A stretch of DNA of 64,000 bases from Escherichia phage vB_EcoM-P3322: sequence record PV191315.1; one strand, 5' to 3'. Below, piece after piece: positions 61,802-64,000 of the stretch (position 1 is its first letter; every line of letters starts with the position of its first letter). The notes under the pieces are model-generated. The model was not told the DNA's origin. It made no database searches and saw only the letters and a program-made list of their open reading frames with translations. Position numbers and translations under genes: made by a program.

Positions 61802-63580
61802 GTGTCGCACATTATAACTAAATATGGATTTGATGTTGATCTTAGCAAGGAAGGACATACAGGTTGTCCGCGCTGCATGAAAAATGGCAAGGATCGCTCT
61901 CGTAATAACCTGATGGTTTATGGATTAGATTCTAATGGAGAGCATAAAGGTGCTAAGTGCTTTGCGTGTGAATACACTATTCCTAGCGTAGAATGGTTAC
62001 GAGAAAATGGTGAAGTTTTAGAAGAAGAGGAGGAGATTGTGGGTTCGGAATTTAATAAACAGATTCATCGTAAAATTGTTCAAGAAACATCAACCAACCC
62101 ACGTGGTTATCGAGGCATTAAAGAAAAAGTTTCATCTTTCTATGGTGTTCGTTATGAATACCGCCAGGAAGGGGATCAGATGGTAGTAGAAAGTTGTTTA
62201 TATCCAACTACTATCGGTAAAGAATTAGTTGGTTTTAAGCGTCGTATTCATCCTAAAGATTTCAGTAAACCTATTGGTCAAGTAGGTAAAGATGTAGATC
62301 TTTTTGGACAAATTCGTTTTGCAGACCGTTCTCATACTGTGGTAATTACAGGTGGTGAACACGATGCTCTGGCAGCTTATCAAATGCTGTCTGAAAACTT
62401 GGACAACAAATATGAACTTCCAGCAGTAGTTAGTGGCACAACTGGTGAAACCAGTATGTATAAACAAGTTCAGGCACAATATCCTTTCTTTGAAAAATTT
62501 AAGAAGATTATTGTTTGCATGGATAATGACAAAGCAGGTAATGAGGCATTTGAAAATATTGTTAAGGTGTTGCCTCGTAACAAAGTCTACCGTATGCAGA
62601 TGGATCTTAAGGATGCCAATCAGTATCTGGAAGAAGGTCGTGCAAAAGATTTCGTAAAAGCTTTTTGGAGTGCTCGTCTATACACCCCAGCAGGTGTTTA
62701 TGCTTCTAATGTCTTGTATGAAGCTGCATTAGAATGCTTGGAATCCAAGATGATTACCTTGCCTCCTTTTATGCGTGTTGCTGCAAATATGCTGGGTGGT
62801 GGTTTAGTAGAGGAAGAGATTACAGTTATCCTGGCGAAGACCAGTATCGGTAAAACTTTGATGGTGAACGAGATCACCAAACATATTATTGTTGCGCACC
62901 CAGAACATACCCTAGGTATTCTGTCCTTGGAAGCAACTTATAAGAAATATTCTCGTAACCTGTTGTCCTCGTTCCTGCATATTCCTCTACACAGGAAAAC
63001 ACCGGAAGAGAAATTTCAAATCTTGGAAGAGAATAAAGAAAAAATCCTAGATTTTTACGAAAGAGAAGATGGATCACCACGTTTTTATGTGTGTGATGAT
63101 CGTGGAGCAGATGTGGAGTCTATCAAAGAAAAAGTTTTGGAGATGATCATCTATTTTGGAGTAACAATTCTTGTTATCGACCCTTATTCTGATTTGCTTT
63201 CTGGTATGGATGTTCAAGCCCAGGAAGAGTTAGCAACATGGTTGAAGCGCATCATGAAAGAGTATGCTATAACTATTATTGTCATCTCACACGTTAAGAA
63301 ATCGGCTAATGGTGGCAATGAACACTTAACAGAGGACGATGCAATGGGTAGTAGTTTCTTGGCTAAAGGTGCTGGTATTACCTTGGCTTTGGAACGAGAT
63401 AAAGCCGCTGAAGACCCTGTAGAACGCAATACGACTCATTGCTTTATCCTAAAAAACCGTGAGTTCTCAGAAACTGGTCCGGCAGGGCAGTTTTACTATG
63501 ACATTAGAACTGCAACTCTGCATGACAAAGAGCAGTATTTCAACAATCCTGCTAATTTGCCTACGGATAGCAACTATTAA
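61802..63580 (+). CDS. bifunctional DNA primase/helicase (T7 gp4-like)
   Basis: GTG start; Zn ribbon CPRC...CFAC; TOPRIM VVITGGEHDALAAY and IVCMDNDKAGNEA; DnaB-like Walker A AKTSIGKT, Walker B ILVIDPYSDL. Confidence 0.85.
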   Translation: MSHIITKYGFDVDLSKEGHTGCPRCMKNGKDRSRNNLMVYGLDSNGEHKGAKCFACEYTIPSVEWLRENGEVLEEEEEIVGSEFNKQIHRKIVQETSTNPRGYRGIKEKVSSFYGVRYEYRQEGDQMVVESCLYPTTIGKELVGFKRRIHPKDFSKPIGQVGKDVDLFGQIRFADRSHTVVITGGEHDALAAYQMLSENLDNKYELPAVVSGTTGETSMYKQVQAQYPFFEKFKKIIVCMDNDKAGNEAFENIVKVLPRNKVYRMQMDLKDANQYLEEGRAKDFVKAFWSARLYTPAGVYASNVLYEAALECLESKMITLPPFMRVAANMLGGGLVEEEITVILAKTSIGKTLMVNEITKHIIVAHPEHTLGILSLEATYKKYSRNLLSSFLHIPLHRKTPEEKFQILEENKEKILDFYEREDGSPRFYVCDDRGADVESIKEKVLEMIIYFGVTILVIDPYSDLLSGMDVQAQEELATWLKRIMKEYAITIIVISHVKKSANGGNEHLTEDDAMGSSFLAKGAGITLALERDKAAEDPVERNTTHCFILKNREFSETGPAGQFYYDIRTATLHDKEQYFNNPANLPTDSNY

Positions 63581-63598
63581 GGGCTTCGGCCCTTTTAT
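63581..63598 (+). terminator. intrinsic terminator
   Basis: GGGCTTCGGCCC hairpin followed by TTTTATT. Confidence 0.65.
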
Positions 63599-63610
63599 TA
63601 AAAATACCTG

Positions 63611-63639
63611 TTGACAACTTTACGGAAGAGACTTATACT
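63611..63639 (+). promoter_or_regulatory. sigma70-like promoter
   Basis: TTGACA (63611-63616), 17-nt spacer, TATACT (63634-63639); RBS AAGAGGAGAAG and ATG 63673 follow. Confidence 0.6.
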
Positions 63640-63672
63640 TGTCTCATCAACCAAACAAGAGGAGAAGTAAAA

Positions 63673-64000
63673 ATGCGTATGACAATCGATCTGAATGCAA
63701 AAGTTAAAGCTGCTGGTGCTCTGGGTGCTGGTGTTATTAAACACAAACAAGCGTTGGCATTTGCCATCCCACATATGATTGTTGAGGATCATCCTGAAGA
63801 GTTTGCTGTAAAAGTTGTTGAGAACAATGTCTCTGTTATTGAACATCTTCCAACTGGACGTTCTTACCGTGTTGTTTCTTCTAAAGGTTTCCGTTTCGAT
63901 GTAAGCCCTTCTTTCACAAAAGGTGCTGGTCGTAGTAAAGTGGGTATTCTTTCTTACAAATATTATATCGATAAAGTTGCAGATGGTGTCGCATTCTGTC
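63673..64000 (+). CDS. hypothetical protein, 3' end cut by window edge
   Basis: Strong RBS; MRMTIDLNAKVKAAGALGAG...; open to window end. Confidence 0.5.
   Translation, partial: MRMTIDLNAKVKAAGALGAGVIKHKQALAFAIPHMIVEDHPEEFAVKVVENNVSVIEHLPTGRSYRVVSSKGFRFDVSPSFTKGAGRSKVGILSYKYYIDKVADGVAFC

Overview
This window looks like part of a large virulent dsDNA phage genome (AT-rich, dense short genes, sigma70-type promoters, Shine-Dalgarno sites), split into two divergent arms at about 35.0 kb. Positions 1-34,948 are almost entirely minus-strand: roughly 95 small genes of unknown function, including a six-member paralog family, a serine recombinase, a NADAR-domain protein, an AAA ATPase and a Cys-rich zinc-ribbon protein. 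Between 17.7 and 27.1 kb, 19 of these genes each carry a near-identical promoter plus 5' GC-hairpin module. Two larger non-coding regions (14.8-16.4 kb and 27.35-28.67 kb) are full of GATAAT/ATCATT palindromes, tandem repeats and a GC-rich island. Positions 35,063-64,000 are plus-strand and encode a UvrD-like helicase, anaerobic ribonucleotide reductase NrdD/NrdG, a T7 gp4-like primase-helicase, a SleB-like cell-wall hydrolase and four putative glycosyltransferases. The most striking feature is a Ter-type module (TerC, TerD, vWA/TerY-like, SprT-like, possible TelA-like) linked to HAD-hydrolase, PRTase and macro-domain genes. All calls rest on motif recognition by eye; no database searches were run, and start codons of small genes are approximate. 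No tRNA, rRNA or CRISPR array was recognised.
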